From assembly GCA_038087875.1 (NCBI GenBank), contig CM075988.1, positions 23,996,001 through 24,060,000 on the forward strand: DNA of 64,000 bases. The letters run 5' to 3'. Both the position numbers and the translations under genes were made by a program. Position 1 is the stretch's first letter. Every line of letters starts with the position of its first letter. Below the pieces are notes generated by a model. It searched no databases and was not told where the DNA came from. It saw only the letters and a list, made by a program, of their open reading frames with translations. Source of the DNA: Malacoraja senta. Lineage: Eukaryota. Of the stretch, positions 61,234 through 64,000 are shown one piece after another.

Positions 61234-63744
61234 CGGGGCGATGGCTGCCCTGCCGGCAGTATGCTCGTTTTTAAATAATTTAGTTATTTTTTAGTGTGTT
61301 AAAGTTTGTTTTTAATGTTCTTTGGTTTGTTTTATGTGGGGGAGAGGGGAGGGGATCGGGGAAACTTTCTTACAGGTTCTTACCTTGCCGGAGATGTGAT
61401 TAAATTTTCGGATCACAATCTCCGGGCGCTCTGCGGCCAACCATCGATGGAGCTGGAGGCCTCCTCGGACTGACTTTGAGCCCTATCGCGGGGTGTGGAC
61501 TTAACATCAGAGTTGATCCCTTGCCTGGGATCGCTCCCACCGCGACCACTGCGGACATGCCATCAAAAGATCGCAGTCTTCGGGAGAGGCTGAGTCGGGA
61601 GCTCCAACGTTGCAGAAGGTTCGACCAGCCCCGACTCGAGGTTCGATCGCCCGGCGCGGGAGGAGCTGACATCCCCCCGATGCGGGAGCTGATCGCCTCG
61701 ACGCGGAGGGTTCCGAACGCCACCGGCTACAGGAGTCAAGACCGTCCCGTCAACGGGGGGGGGGGCTCGAGGCCCCCGACCGAGGAAGAAATAACGGAAG
61801 TAAATAGCGACCCCACTCCACTGGCTTCGACCAAACGGCAACCTATTTTTAGTCGAGGCCGGTTTTGATTTTGTTGAAATAATCGCAGGAACATAGAAGA
61901 GGGCTCGACTATGCGGAAACCACTTTCGACCATTAGGGAGAGTGACCAAAACCTCCGGGAACCTCCGGGAACCTCATAGTTTTACTGAAGGTTTTACAGA
62001 ATTATTTTGGACAAACAGCCGAGGTGACATTTATCCCTCAGACAGATCACCAGTGATTCGTAACCGAACACAATTCCTGCAATATTGATGACGTTGTCGA
62101 GCACCTTGTAACATGTGAAAAAAGTTGTGGGAAGGGAGACAATATATTTCAAAGGAGGTTTTAAAACTCGAGGAAAATGTTCAACTTCTGCCTGCCAGTA
62201 TATGTCTGGATTGGGTATCTGCTCAGTCTGAGACTATCACGCTCACAGATTCAGGCAACAGCTGTTGGGTCCTTGTATTTTTAGTCGACATTTACAAAAC
62301 ATAAGAGAGAGGCAGCTGGGGTTGAGGAGAGGCCAGATGATTAATTGCGGCTCAGGACGGTCGTTCCTCGCTAAACTTGTGCAATGAGATTGTCACCCAC
62401 ACTTGCCAAGCCAAGTCTGGATGTCATCCAGATCCTGGGTACATGGTGTGCAGGAAGGACCTGCAGATGCTGGTTTAAACCGAAGACAGGCACAGAGAGC
62501 TGGAGTAACACAGCGGGACAGGCAGCATCTCTGGAGTGAAGGAATGGGTGGCGTTCCGGGTCGAGACCCTCCTTACGACTGAGAATCCGGGGAGAGGGAG
62601 ACACAGAGATATGGAAGGGTAAGGTGTGACAATGAGACATCAAAATGGATGAAGTTCAAAGATCGTTGTTGGGTAGGACTCAGTCTGAAGAAGGGCCTCG
62701 ACCCGAAACGTCACCCATTCCTTCTCTGCAGAGATGCTGCCTGTCCCGCTGAGTTGCTCCAGCATTCTGTGTCTATCTTCAGTTGAAACCAGCATCTGCA
62801 GTTCTGTCCTAAACCATTGTTGACTTGTTGTCCTATCTGCATTTCCAGACTTGCAGATCCGTTAACACTGCACCATGTGAGTTGAGCAATAAATCTCACC
62901 CACACGTATTCATTTAAAATGGCCTTAGAACAAGAACAATCAGTTTAAATTGTAAATCGCAGATTAATAGTTTCATTGACGTCCCTTTGTCCCCGTGGGG
63001 GCAAGACCCATGTTACCGCACAAATTAAAAAAAAATGCAAATTGTTGTCTCATTTAATTAATTTAAATGTAATTGAATTAATTTCTTGCTCATTGTGTTG
63101 GCGAACACATTCCCCCCCCCCCCCCCACCCCCCCCATGTGACACAATGGACCTTCAGATATTAAAAGGAAAGATTTTAATCTTAAAACTCTCGACTTTGG
63201 AAGTTTGTTGCTGCCAGGCTGTGGTAAACGTTAGTGGTGTAGTGCAGCAGGTGTAGAGAGGGGGAAGCAGCCAACTCCTCACTGATCCAGCACCCCCACC
63301 CTCCCTATTACCCTTCCCCTGCTGGACGCTCTGCCCCAAATAATGGAGTCTGCTGAGTTTAAGAAAGAACTGCAGATGCTGGAAAAAAAAATCAAAGGTA
63401 GACAAAAGTGCTGGAGGAACTCAGCGGGTGAGGCACATCTATGGAGCGAAGGAATAAGCGACGTTTCGGGTCGAGACCCGGAAGGGTCTCGACCCGAAAC
63501 GTCGCCTATTCCTTCGCTCCATAGATGCTGCCTCAGCTCCATAGATGCTGCCCCACCCGCTGAGAGACTCCCGAGTTGTTGACCGCTTTTGACAGAGGCG
63601 CTCAACTGAGGGGTACGTGTGCCAGTACAAGACTATATAACTCCTCGAGCCTCAAGTTTAGTTTACCTGATGGATACGGCGCGGAAACAGCCCCTTTGGC
63701 CCACCGAGTCCGCACCGGCCAGCTATCTCCGCACAATAAACACT

Positions 63745-64000
63745 ATAGTCATTTCCCTCCCATACCACCCCCTCCCCGGGTACTTTCCCTTGCAACCGCA
63801 AGAGATGCAACACTTGTCCCTTCACCTCCCCCCTCCACTCCATTCAAGGACCCAAGCAGTCGTTCCAGGTGCGACAGAGGTTCACCTGCATCTCCTCCAA
63901 CCTCATCTATTGCATTCGCTGCTCTAGATGCCAGCTGATCAACATCGGTGAGACCAAGCGGAGGCTTGGCGATCGTTTCGCCGAACACCTCCGGTCGGTC
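63745..64000 (+). mobile_element. Penelope-like retroelement ORF fragment, Zn-linker and GIY-YIG endonuclease region (runs off the window)
   Basis: Open frame from 63776: PGTFPCNRKRCNTCPFTSPLHSIQGPKQSFQVRQRFTCISSNLIYCIRCSRCQLINIGETKRRLGDRFAEHLRSV. YIG is altered to NIG. This frame is not in the ORF track. Confidence 0.9.

Noticed and set aside
29425..64000. Nectin Ig-domain exons or the alpha-type TM/cytoplasmic exon (..EWYV)
   Set aside because: Not found by eye on the minus strand. Presumed to lie beyond the right edge of the window.

Overview
Vertebrate genomic DNA, most likely a cartilaginous fish such as a skate or ray (inferred from the dense HE1-type V-SINEs, HER1/CR1 LINEs and Penelope remnants). 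It has one 200-N assembly gap at 23993-24192. The only host gene I can support is the 3' part of a minus-strand nectin, best matching NECTIN1 beta-type exons. These are a transmembrane exon (29277-29424), a terminal exon with tandem ITIM-like motifs (19320-19478) and a second terminal exon ending in the afadin-binding motif EQYV (7068-7283). The Ig-domain exons are not in the window and must lie beyond 64000, so 29425-64000 is apparently intron. The rest is mostly mobile-element debris: CR1/HER1, L2, Rex1-like and L1-like LINE ends, V-SINEs, Penelope terminal repeats carrying a minimal hammerhead-ribozyme motif, Harbinger-like MITEs, P-like MITEs with 8-bp TSDs, and long simple repeats. The most unusual structure is a 471-bp TG...CA insertion with a 5-bp TSD at 43872-44342. 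It consists of one LTR, a tRNA-Leu PBS, an inverted Gypsy RT fragment and an inverted LTR end, and it looks like an integrated product of aberrant plus-strand transfer. A second LTR-like segment with a 35-nt tRNA-Leu copy lies 5 kb away. Most ORFs in the supplied track are repeat artefacts. Family names are assigned from remembered motifs, not from database searches.
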